From: Lama glama
Lineage: Eukaryota
Length of the DNA: 64,000 bases
Direction: 5' to 3'
Assembly: GCA_028534125.1 (NCBI GenBank)
Contig: CM052818.1
Location: 19,904,001 to 19,968,000, forward strand
Shown here: positions 1 to 11,174 of the stretch, one piece after another
Layout of the letters: every line of letters starts with the position of its first letter
Numbering within the stretch: the stretch's first letter is position 1
Program-made: the position numbers and the translations under genes
Notes under the pieces: generated by a model
Told to the model about the DNA's origin: nothing
Database searches by the model: none
Seen by the model: only the letters and a program-made list of their open reading frames with translations

Positions 1-939
1 AATAGCATTTGCTTTAAGAACATCTGGAAAAATGTATCACCTAAAGCCAAATTCAGAGGAAAATAGAAATGACCATTTAAAACCACTAGAAAAAGATGAA
101 TTCTGTCAATCTTGCAAATGTAAATTATTGTAAGCATAATAAACAAAACATATTAAAAAGTAGTTCTTGAGAAATTTAGAACTGCCTGGGTTTTATCTTC
201 TTCTTCTTCTTCTTTTTTTTAATCTGAAAGAGCCAGTAATCCTAATGGTTGTGAGTTCTATGTGTTTCTAGGTTTTCTGATCTTCAGGTAGGTCAGTGTC
301 CCCATATCTGTGATAGCACATACCTCTCCAAAAATAATATTGTAGCACATTTAAAAAAATTTTTTGTTGTTAAAATTTATCTAAAATTAAATAATCTTAG
401 TTTGCCCCTTACCTTCTTGGTTTAGGAGTGGCTCTCATAGTTTTGAATGAATGGAGCTGTTTAAACGGAGACTTAAAAGTGACAGAAATGTCTACCAGTG
501 GTTGGTTTAAAACCAGTTTCTGTGCTTATACTTCTTAAAAGTTACGAAAAACGACAGCTAGGAGCAGGAACTGCCCTTCTATTTTGGAGGTGGGGCTACA
601 TATGGTTAACATAATGCCATGTGCTGTATCCCTCTTGAGAGTTCTCTCCTGTAAGCTTTATGCATCCCATATGTATCATGTGAAGAATTGCATGTGCTAA
701 AGATGCTTATGTTACAAGGGAAAAGGAATAAATAGTTCCTACAGCACAATATAACATTGCTTATGAACTATTTTATTTGTTCCAAACTGCTGGCTCTAAT
801 TATTAACCTACTAGAATACCTAAGAGGTACTTCCACTAGTGATAATATAGGTTTAATTTTTTCCAAGTTAAAACATGTAATAATATACAGAATGATACTG
901 ATGCATGGTACTTTACAGCTTTCATGATAGTTTTTTTAA

Positions 940-1070
940 ATATTACTTCATTTAATACAATAGCCCATGTTTTAAGTGCAAGAGGTGTATTATCCCTGTT
1001 TTGCATTTGGGAAACTGAGGCTCAGTTGTTAAGTGACCTGGCAAAGGTCATATGGCCAGTAAGGGGCTGT
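940..1070 (-). mobile_element. MIR SINE fragment
   Basis: gaaactgaggctcag...ttaagtgacctggcaaaggtca, the reverse complement of the MIR core. Confidence 0.7.
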
Positions 1071-1074
1071 GCAC

Positions 1075-1518
1075 TAAGTAGTGCTGCTCTGAACACTGAG
1101 GTGCATTTATCTTTTCAAATTAGAGTTTTCTCCAGATATTTGCCCAGGAGTAGGATTGCTGGATCATATGTTAATTTTATTTTTAGTTTTTTAAGGAATC
1201 TCCCTACTGTTTACCATAATGGCTGCTCCAATTTATATTCTCACCAATAGTGTAGGAGGGTTCCCTTTTCTCTACACCCTCTTCAGCATTTATTATTTGT
1301 AGACTTCTTAAAGTTGTGATGTGATACCTCATTGTAGTTTTGATTTGCATTTCTTCGATAATTAATGATATTGAGCATCTTTTCACATACTTGTTGGTCA
1401 TCTGTATGTTGTCTTTGGACAAATGTCTGTTTAGGTTTTTTGCCCATTTGTTGATTGGGTTGTTTGGTTTTTTGATATTAAGCTGTATGAGTTCTTTGTA
1501 TCTTTGGGAAATTAATCC
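1075..1518 (-). mobile_element. L1 LINE fragment (ORF2 C-terminal region)
   Basis: Minus-strand ORF 1204-1527 ([33 protein letters not shown]...[11 protein letters not shown]) resembles the L1 ORF2 C-terminus. Confidence 0.9.
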
Positions 1519-4500
1519 AAGGGTCACATATTTAACAAATGGTAGAGCTGAGACTCAAATCAAGTCAAATACAAAAATCAGTGTTCTTAATCACTATTCT
1601 GTACTACTTAGAACATGTTTTGAAACATATCAAACTCTATATACCAGTACATTCTCCTTTCCTAAAATGTAAGCACTGTTTTACAGTAATGCCTGATCAG
1701 AAAGCAGTGTGGTTTTCAGGTGGAAATAAGTTTGTGTAATTTTGAAATGTCTTTCAACCAGCAATAATATCGATTTTAACAAAAAACCAGTTATATATAT
1801 ATTATTTAAGAATTTTTTTAGCTTATTAGGGTGAAATTGTTTAATTTCTGAGAGAAAAATTACTTATGGTTGGTAGCATGTACCAAGATCCTATAATATC
1901 AGGCCTTAGTTAATGCTGATTATTTCAAGAGAATACTGACCTTTTTGGTTTAAGTACTGAAACATACATTAAAAAAGTCATTTGATTTTGAGGAAGGGTA
2001 ACAGTGGTACCCTCAGTAAGATATTTTTTTCACATGGTGCCGCTACTCATTTTTTAAGCTTTTCTTTTTGACAGTAATCATAATAATTTTACCCACTTGC
2101 ATTATATTATCTTTTGTTATGCAGCAGAAATTCTCTTATTTAGTGATTAAAAACACTTAAATTTACTAAAAAACTGGATAAAACGAAGATAGTCATTTTG
2201 GTGGTAAAACACTTCTGACTTCCTTTACATGAATGAGTTTTCTATTTTCCTTAAACAAAACAATCATATATAGCCATCTCAGATTACTATAATTTGGAGA
2301 AATGTTTATAGCAACACAGTTGAAGTGTCTGTTCAATAGATACTACATGTGTGTGTGTGTTTTAAATCCTATTGGTGACAAGAGGAACGTTAAATAGAAA
2401 CATCTTCATAGGCAGTAATTTTAAATGGAAAACTTCAAGATCTAATTAAGAAAATATGTGATTAAGCTAGGGTTATTTGACAAGTCAATATGAATTGTTG
2501 CCATAGGATAGTTTGAATTTTTTTAAAGCAATTATAAGAAGGTTAGTAGGAAATTACTTGAGGAAAGGTTATATGTCGGCAACCTCCCCCAACTCCCTTT
2601 AGCAGCTCCTTTCGCCATTCCCTGTCTTGGTCTACCAAGATCAGGAGGGTTGCCCTTATATAAAGAAATTCTCTTAAAAAAAAAGTGACTGTTATAATTA
2701 ATAACTAATTTCAGAAAAGTCAAGCAGGAAAGCCTGACCTATCACTAGCATACAGTCTTCAAAGCCATTCCAACATTTTAATTTGCTGATGGCATGGATT
2801 TCTTGAGATGTTGAACAGCAAGTGTTCCAAGCTTTAAGCCCTCATTAGACAGAACTTTCTAACTAATATTGACTTCATTTTTGGCATTCCACTAGAGGTG
2901 AATGAAGTATGGCAGCTGCTTAAAGAATGTGTGTGTATGTGTATGTATGTGTCTGGAAACAAAGAGCCACACTGAAATTACAAAGTGATTAAAATAGAAT
3001 TTAGTAACCCAAATTGGAATTTGGCTGGCATTCACGAGGGATGATTATTCTGCCTACACTTTGACGACGTGCTCTTTACCAAAGTGCAGGTGCTCACAAT
3101 AGGCCGATGAAGCACAGATTCACAGCATGAGAAGTAGAGGAAAGAGTATTATCCTGAATGTTTACATAGAGTGTTAAATAAAAACTACTAAGGTAAGAAG
3201 TTCAGTACTTTACATAGATAGTAAACTATGCATATTATTTTATTTGTAACCCCAAGTGTTAAGGTGGGACGCTATTAAAGTAACAATCACTTAAAAAGCA
3301 ACAACACCAACAAACCAGTATTTAATTTGGTACTTAAAATTAATAATTAAAAATCAAATGGAAGCAATGCCTAAAGTAACTAAGATAATTCACAATAAAA
3401 ACCATTAGTTCAGGCTCTACTGATTGGAAATATGATAATTCAACATAGGCTAACCTAGAATGTACCTTTAGAGATAGAGTAAGAATATAAGCAAAGTATT
3501 AAGTAAGGTTTCAGGAAGCTCCTAAAGTTATTTTTAAGAACTTCAGAATTGATTATCTCTATGCAAAAAATACTAACTGTAAGTTTAAGTTCATTCATAT
3601 ATGACCCTATTTGAAGCAGTGTATTTTCATTCACTAGGAAAATTCAAGTCAGTAAGATACTTTGAAGCATTTCATTTTCCAGATGTCACTACTTTGAACC
3701 AGATGTTCCAGTGATTAGCCTGAATTTCTGGTGAAACCTAAGCCTTAAATGAAGACATGCTTTTGAAAATAAGGCAACTTTTCTACAATCTGTTTATGAA
3801 CAGAAAACAAATCTTTGGTTTTAGATAAAATGGCAGGAAAGACTCTGCAGAAAAGAAATACTGAAGGACCAAAGCAGTGAAAAGGCTCCTAATAAGCAGT
3901 GGGAAACTCCAAACCCTTCAAGGTCAATAGAGCACTTAAGGCACCTCAGGTTCAGATGAGACAATCGTCTTTGCTTAGAGTTCTAACAATCTTTGTACAG
4001 GATTCTTACCATCTAAGAACATGATGCCGAAAAGGTCATGTCCAACAGTGATTACTGTGAGTGAGGAAGAAGAACATCAGAAGAGTAGACAAATGGGAGA
4101 GATTTTAGAGATTATCTCTTCTACCTCCCATATTTAAAAAATAAGGAAACTGAGGCCCAGTCAAGAAACAGAGGTGACACCAAAGTTTGTGTTTCCAGAT
4201 TCCTAGTCCATTTCTCTTAGGGCAGGACAAATTCTAGATTTTAACTTTATTGGCTAGGAAACCAAGTGTTTCAGAGATGTGAATCTGAGGAAGAAAAAAA
4301 AAAATCCCCATCAAATCCCCAAAGGCAAGTTAGAAATAAATGTATAATACTTTACTGTCTTAATTCCTTTATACCATGTGTTGGACAACTTAGCTAATAT
4401 ACTAATTAATGTATACAATTCTTTTCAGTTCTATCTAAAAATAGCAGACCAAAATTAAATGAGAAAGTTACATCAGATTCCATTTGAGCATACATAAGGC

Positions 4501-5845
4501 CATGGTACTTAACGTGAACCACCACTTCTTGGGAGAAAGAAGACATCCACTGTTCAGTTCAAAGAGAAAGCTCCGGACTAGTTATCCAGTAGATTCTGCT
4601 CTTCAATGGGGAAGAAGATGCTTATATTTTTAAAAATTTCTACAAAGCTCACACACACGACAGTACATCCTAGATTTGTGACTGATATGAGCAGTTAAGG
4701 CTGTCATTTTCAAGTATAAAAGTTTAGTGTTCCATTACCCAATCTGTGCAATAGATGTAGCTATAAGCTCAAGTCATGGAAGTCAACAGAAGTTCACCAG
4801 AGACATAAATCATAATTTAGGCAACAGCAAGTTTAAAAGTAGGAAAGGCTGGGGAAAAAATTTATGGATTAGATTATGATTCTCTGAACTGCATTAGTTT
4901 GTTCACACTGAAACTTTATCTAACACTCTTGCCTGGTGCATGGCATTTGGAATAAGGTAGACTGACAGCAGACCAAACAAGGACGCTTAATTAGGTAACA
5001 GAACTAGTAATTAAGATGGTTCACCTCTGACACAGTTCTACGGCCTGTTTCCCTAGAGGAAGATTAGAAATGGCTCCAGTATACCAAACAAGCTTTATAG
5101 ATGAACATGAAAAACATTTTTTTAAACTAGGGCCTTTCACCTAGGGACCAACACGCACTGCTCGTGGATGAAATAAGTCAACGTTACTTACTTCTGGCTT
5201 GATATAATATTGTGAAATGTAATATGGCTGGAGAAAATGGGTATCTGGAAGCCAGGATGTCATTTAACTAACACTCTAAGTGTGTACATAAGTTGTACTT
5301 CTGTAACGTCTACTATGGTTCCAATATCTGTATCTGGAAGGTGACATCAGTTTTATTATGAAAGCAGTTGCTTTGTTATAAAGTCCATGTAACATGCTTG
5401 AATTCTAGGTCTTTTCTCTTTAACACAGTTTAAAGTTTCTTGTGGTTTGGTCAGCATATACACTTTTCATTTGATGTACAAGCCAATGTGGAAATTAAAA
5501 AACAAAATCACCAACTAGTTCAGAGAGCTAAATTGAGTCCAGGGTTATGGCAAAGTCTGACCCAAAATTTTAATTTGTAATTTTAGCATGTATCTCATGC
5601 AGTCTGGGGCACATCGAACTAAATCTGCAGTCACCAGAAGCCTTGTTACAGTTGAAAGCACTTTAACTAAAATGTCTACATTTTTAGTGTTCATGATAAA
5701 TGCAGTTATGACCTTATTATACTTTTGGCATTCTTTTAAGAAAGCACATTAAGCTTTAATATAGAAATATTTAGATTACACTTAAGTTGTGCTCAAGTAA
5801 TAATAAAACATTTGTTCTTTTTGACCTCATACATTCTCTCCTCAG

Positions 5846-5959
5846 GAATGGCCCATCTCCTGCACGCTTGGAGCGACCTTTGGCTACGTGGCTGGCCTTG
5901 TCATTTCGCCACTCTGGATATACTGGAATAGAAAGGAACTTACATACAAGAACAATTAA
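5846..5959 (+). CDS. PIGF: PIGF (GPI anchor biosynthesis class F), terminal coding exon; upstream exons lie outside the window
   Basis: Pyrimidine tract and acceptor ctcctcag| then GAA TGG CCC ATC...AAC AAT TAA = EWPISCTLGATFGYVAGLVISPLWIYWNRKELTYKNN*, matching the PIGF C-terminus. PIGF is the known tail-to-tail neighbour of RHOQ. Not in the ORF track. Confidence 0.93.
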   Translation, partial: EWPISCTLGATFGYVAGLVISPLWIYWNRKELTYKNN

Positions 5960-6137
5960 TTGGAGCAAAGGGAGAAGATATTTCTTTGTGCAGATTCCAT
6001 AAAGACTGTGCAGAAATGTACATGGTCTAAGCCAGGCAGTTCCACTTAACAGCACTGTTTTTTTATGTCATTACAACATGATGTGATTGTAGCTTTTGAA
6101 ACTATGAAACCCCTGAGAGATTGTACCATCTAGTCGA

Positions 6138-6143
6138 AATAAA
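6138..6143 (+). terminator. PIGF: Likely PIGF polyadenylation signal
   Basis: First AATAAA downstream of the PIGF stop codon (about 180 nt), followed by GT/T-rich sequence. Confidence 0.7.
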
Positions 6144-6366
6144 GTATTTATAATAGATTGTGGCTTCAGATGCTGTTTGCTGCTTCTTGGACCTTTAAGA
6201 AACATTCTTAATGAACTTTACAGAATTCTGATGACAGGGTTTTTTTTTTTTTTTCCTTTCAAGTTTTAAACTGCTTCATTATTCAGAAGAGGTCTGGGTA
6301 TAGCTGTAGCATTTCATATGCTTTCTGAGAGAAGTGGACAGTTTCCTTGGCCACTGAAGATGTTTC

Positions 6367-6522
6367 TCATGTAATCAAACAACAGTTTATACATCTTGAT
6401 CCTATTCTTTTTTTTACTGTGTGTTTCTTTGGAGTTAAAATGGCTATGATAGCCTCATCAAAAACAGTCTTCAATCCCTTCTGGGTTAAAGCTGAACATT
6501 CCACATAGCAGCACGCACCTAT
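6367..6522 (-). CDS. RHOQ: RHOQ coding exon 5, second identical copy (contiguous with the 3' UTR); probably the same exon assembled twice
   Basis: 6343-6541 reads the same as 7042-7240 and the two blocks flank a 500-N gap. Confidence 0.8.
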   Translation of the reverse strand: MGACCYVECSALTQKGLKTVFDEAIIAILTPKKHTVKKRIGSRCINCCLIT

Positions 6523-6541
6523 CTGGGAGGGAGAAAAAAAA

Positions 6542-7041
6542 NNNNNNNNNNNNNNNNNNNNNNNNNNNNNNNNNNNNNNNNNNNNNNNNNNNNNNNNNNN
6601 NNNNNNNNNNNNNNNNNNNNNNNNNNNNNNNNNNNNNNNNNNNNNNNNNNNNNNNNNNNNNNNNNNNNNNNNNNNNNNNNNNNNNNNNNNNNNNNNNNNN
6701 NNNNNNNNNNNNNNNNNNNNNNNNNNNNNNNNNNNNNNNNNNNNNNNNNNNNNNNNNNNNNNNNNNNNNNNNNNNNNNNNNNNNNNNNNNNNNNNNNNNN
6801 NNNNNNNNNNNNNNNNNNNNNNNNNNNNNNNNNNNNNNNNNNNNNNNNNNNNNNNNNNNNNNNNNNNNNNNNNNNNNNNNNNNNNNNNNNNNNNNNNNNN
6901 NNNNNNNNNNNNNNNNNNNNNNNNNNNNNNNNNNNNNNNNNNNNNNNNNNNNNNNNNNNNNNNNNNNNNNNNNNNNNNNNNNNNNNNNNNNNNNNNNNNN
7001 NNNNNNNNNNNNNNNNNNNNNNNNNNNNNNNNNNNNNNNNN
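6542..7041. other. Assembly gap (500 N)
   Basis: Run of N with a round length, flanked by a 199-bp direct duplication. Confidence 0.99.
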
Positions 7042-7065
7042 TTCCTTGGCCACTGAAGATGTTTC

Positions 7066-7221
7066 TCATGTAATCAAACAACAGTTTATACATCTTGATC
7101 CTATTCTTTTTTTTACTGTGTGTTTCTTTGGAGTTAAAATGGCTATGATAGCCTCATCAAAAACAGTCTTCAATCCCTTCTGGGTTAAAGCTGAACATTC
7201 CACATAGCAGCACGCACCTAT
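7066..7221 (-). CDS. RHOQ: RHOQ coding exon 5 (copy contiguous with intron 4)
   Basis: 156 nt after acceptor tcccag|; [54 protein letters not shown], ending in CaaX box CLIT. Exon lengths sum to 618 nt = 205 aa + stop. Confidence 0.95.
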   Translation of the reverse strand: MGACCYVECSALTQKGLKTVFDEAIIAILTPKKHTVKKRIGSRCINCCLIT

Positions 7222-7414
7222 CTGGGAGGGAGAAAAAAAATCACAAATATATAAAATCTTTTTTACACAACTGGTGCCACACAAACACACCATTATAAAG
7301 AAAATTATAAAATACAGCTATGTAGAAGGAATGAAATCAGCCATATATTCATGATACCCAGAGATAGCTAACTGTTAAAATGTTAGTGTACATCCTTCCA
7401 GACTTTATGAAAAA

Positions 7415-9075
7415 TTCTTTCATTCATCAAATATTAACTAGGTACTTACTATATGCCAGGCACTGTTTTTTGATGCTGAGGATCTTGTCAAAGAACTGAA
7501 TAAAAGAGCAAAGTCCCTGCTGTGAAATGTTTACATTTGCTTAAGTTCTGCCAGGGAAGGAAGACACAAAGGAAGGAATACAGAGCAGATGGTGGCACAT
7601 GCTATGGAGAGAAATGCAGAGTGAGGAGGGTGGAGGGTGCAGAGGATAGTGGTGGTGGTGGTCAGGGGAAGCTCCTCAACAAGGTGACGTTACCTAGTGA
7701 GGGACACCTAGGGGAAGCGTATCCAGGCAGATGGAGCCACAGATGTAAAGACTCTGATGCAGGAGGATGCGTGGAGCGTTCAGGGGCAGGAAAGATGCTA
7801 GAGTGGCAAGAGAGAGTGAGCGGAAGGATAGCAAGAGATGAGGTCAGTGAGGTCAGTGACTGGAGGTCACTGTAAGGACTTTGACTTCTACTCTAAGGGG
7901 ACGCATCCATCCATCCATCGATTTGATTCATTTGTTCATTGAAAATTTATGGAGCACTCTGATTTGCCAAATGTGAGAATATAGCAAGGGACAAAATTAA
8001 GTCCTACCTGACTCTCATGAAGCTTACATTTTAGAGGGAGGGACTACAGACTAATAAATACAGAGGTAGAATGTCAGAAGTAACATGAGGAAAATGGGGA
8101 AGGAGATAGGAAGTGGGGACAGGTCAGGCAAGGTCTCACTGAGAGAGTGACATTTCAGCAGGGACCTGAAAGTGAAAGAATGAATAATGTCTCCATAGGG
8201 AAGAATATCCCAGGCAGAGGGAGCAGCAAAAGGACAAAGGGCCTGAGGTCAAAGACTGGGGAGACAGCAAGGAGGCCACGCGCCTGGAGCACGAGTGAGG
8301 CAGAGGGGTGGCTGGGCCTGCTGGCCATGGAGAGGACCTGGGCCTTTATTCACTCGGAGTCAGCTGGGGAGCCACTGGAGGATTCTGAGCAGAGCAGTGA
8401 GTTGATGGAGCTTCTATTTTTAAAGACACTCTGGCTGCTGTGTTGAGAACAGGTTAACATGAGGCTCAGACAGTAATTCAGGCCAGAGAGGGAGGGGGCC
8501 TGAACCAGGCTGACAGAGGAGGGGACAGTGAGGAGCCTTTGGATTCTGGATATATTCTGAAGATGCAACAATACGTTTTGCTGAAGGGTTGGCTGTATGA
8601 TATGCGAGAAAGAGCAAGGTCAAGTGTGACATCAAGATTTTTGATCTGAGTAGCTGGGAAGACAGGCCTGGAGGATAAAATTAGGAATTCTGTTTCAGAT
8701 ATATTAATTTTGCGATGCTTACTACCCAGATGGACTTGTCACATGAACAGCTGGATAACCGAGTCTAGAGTTTAGGGAAGAGGGCCAGGCTGCAGAGAGA
8801 AATTTGGGGGTCTCAATAGAAGACCGTTCAAATCACAAGACTGACAGAAGCTCACCAGGCCTAGTGAGTGAGTTTGGGTATAGAATGGAAGACGTCCAAG
8901 AAGCTGAGTGCTGATCCCTGGGCCCTACAACATTCACAGCCAGGAGATGAGGAGATGGAGGAGAAGCCAATGAGAGGGTTTCGAGAAAGCCCAAGAGCGG
9001 GCATTCAAGGAAGCCAAGTAAAAGTGTTTCAAGAAGGAACCAACTGTGCCAAATGCCGCTGACCGGTCTAGAAAT
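7415..9075 (-). mobile_element. L2 LINE fragments (at least two 3' ends)
   Basis: ttcattcatcaaatatt...tactatatgccaggcactg and a second ttcatttgttcattg... 3'-end signature, followed by purine-rich L2-like body. Confidence 0.75.
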
Positions 9076-10309
9076 GGGATCATATTGTTTTTTTGCAACC
9101 ACTTTTTCTTCTTACACTACATAATAAACGTGAACATCTCAACAGGTATCTTGGTATAAACTTTCAATAGATGCAGGATTTCTGTTTTCCTATTATAAAC
9201 AATGCAGCAACTTTCTAGCCATCTCTTCAAGCACATGTTGTATAAGTTTCTTAGGATAAACTCCTAGCTATGGAATTGTTTGATCAAAAGTGTACATGAC
9301 TTCAAGGCTTTTGCATATTGTCAAGACTGCTTTTGCTCAATGACCAACAGGACAATAGGTGCCCATTTCCTTGCACTCTCGGAACAGTGGGTATTATAAT
9401 TAATGTCTTTTTTTTTTGCCAATTTTATAGATGGAAATTGAACTTACATTTGACTACGAATGAGTAAGAACATATTTCTTACCTCCAGTGGCAATCTGCA
9501 ATTTTTGAAGACTCCCATTGATGTTCTTAGCTCTTTTCTATTGGAATATATATGTCTTTTTTTGATTTATCCATATGCGAGGGGTTCCTGTACACTAAGG
9601 ATATTAACCCATTTTTCTGCCATAAATGTCAAGTTTGTTAAATGAGTTTTAATTTTATTTCTGGCATTTGATGTGGTATTAAATTTTTCTGTAGTTAAAT
9701 CATCACTATTTTCATTTATGACTTTTACCTTTATGACATTAAGAAATTCCTTCTCTCCACAGAATTTAATACCTGGAATTTCTAAAGAGACTTGTTCATG
9801 AAGCTATTTATCTTTTGCTTTAGGAAAAACAGTCCTCCAAAAAGTTTTCTTCTTTTCCAATGCCTCCTGAGAGGATTTTTAAAAAATTTTATTAGATTCT
9901 GTTTTCACAAAAGTCCTATTAAAGTCATAACATTGAAAAAAATAGAATCCAATAATGTTAGGGCCAAAAGGAGAAAAAAAGGAAGCCTCGCTTTGGGGAA
10001 AGGAAGAATGTAAGTTGAAAGGTATTACGTGCATCATAGTTATACGTATTTTAGAATGCTAATATTTTCTATCTTTCATAAAAAGATTGGAAGAAAATTC
10101 AAAACATTTCGTTTCCAACCTAGCTATAATTTTTTTGTTTTAAACTACAGATTTAAACGTCTACCTCTTCCATTCCACTACCTGCTCCATAAGTCCTCAC
10201 TAAGGATGGAGCCTGATTTGGCACAAATGTTTATACGGTTTAGAAGCTCCTTCTTCTGATGCCTCTTTCTACACATGACTTTGTGGGAAGATGTTAGCAG
10301 TGCAGCCAG

Positions 10310-10550
10310 GGTGTTGGAGTCAACCCTGGACTGAAGCCCGGTTCTGCCACCTATTACCTGAGGGACCTTACAAGTTATCTGACAAGTTACCCGACATTGC
10401 CACCCCTCCGTTTTCTCTTCCATAAAACAGCAGAACTAGGCAGACCGACCTCACTGAGTCGATGCAGGGATTATATGATCTAATGCATGTAAAACACTGC
10501 ACAGTGCCCGGCATACAGTAAATGCACAATAAATGTTAGCTTCTGTTATT
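10310..10550 (+). mobile_element. MIR SINE
   Basis: ttctgccacctattacc...cacagtgcccggcatacagtaaatgcacaataaatgttagc matches the MIR body and tail. Confidence 0.75.
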
Positions 10551-10600
10551 ACCTTGGCTTCATTCACATTTTTTTTTTAACTCTGTAAAGGTTGTATTAC

Positions 10601-10696
10601 CTCTTTTGCTAGTTTCTGTCCTTGTTCCACACATATAGGTTTTTCTTTCATGTCATTCAGTCGTGCTAAAGTTTTGGGGTCATCTCGGAGATCAAT
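10601..10696 (-). CDS. RHOQ: RHOQ coding exon 4
   Basis: 96 nt, ctag| ... GAG|GTAATA; encodes [32 protein letters not shown] (Rho insert region). Confidence 0.97.
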
Positions 10697-11009
10697 CTAG
10701 TTAAGAAAGGTGAATAATGTCTCATAATATCATAAGTCTTTAAAGGTAAAGCACATAGCCCTATTTAATCCCCACATATCAGAAAAAGATTACAAAAGAA
10801 CTTATTAATTTTTTAAAACCAGCTAATACAGTAATTGCTTTCTTTTGATATTACTTCTTCCAAAAATGTGACAGAATTTATTATAACTAACAACTGAGAT
10901 TGAACATGTATCTCATTTGCTAAACCTTAGGACCATTTGTCTGAGAGCAACACCACAAGGCAGGCCAGAAAGAGTATTTCATAAATGGGTAAAATCAAAG
11001 CAGGCATAC

Positions 11010-11174
11010 CTGGGTTCCTATTAATAAAAAGGGTACATTTGGTGCATATTCCTTAAGTTCTGGTACCCACTCCTCTTTCACATTTTGAAATGAGGCTGGA
11101 TTTACCACAGAGAAGCATATAAGGAAGACATCAGTCATTGGATAAGATAAAGGCCTCAGACGATCATAGTCTTC
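11010..11174 (-). CDS. RHOQ: RHOQ coding exon 3
   Basis: 165 nt, ccttag| ... CAG|GTATGC; encodes [55 protein letters not shown]. The preceding intron is about 26.9 kb. Confidence 0.97.

Larger units (their letters stand above)
2760..6366 (-). other. RHOQ: RHOQ long 3' UTR (distal end approximate)
   Basis: AT-rich, largely repeat-poor sequence downstream of the stop codon. Minus-strand poly(A) hexamers include ATTAAA 5755-5760, AATAAA 5352-5357, AATAAA 3239-3244 and ATTAAA 2777-2782. The distal end is inferred from the multi-kb UTR I recall for human RHOQ. Confidence 0.55.

Noticed and set aside
5787..6002. ORF-track 71-aa plus-strand ORF over the PIGF exon
   Set aside because: Wrong frame; the PIGF-matching frame starts at the splice acceptor at 5846.
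6367..7093. Long ORFs running through the first N gap
   Set aside because: Their length comes from X codons; only the RHOQ exon 5 part is real.
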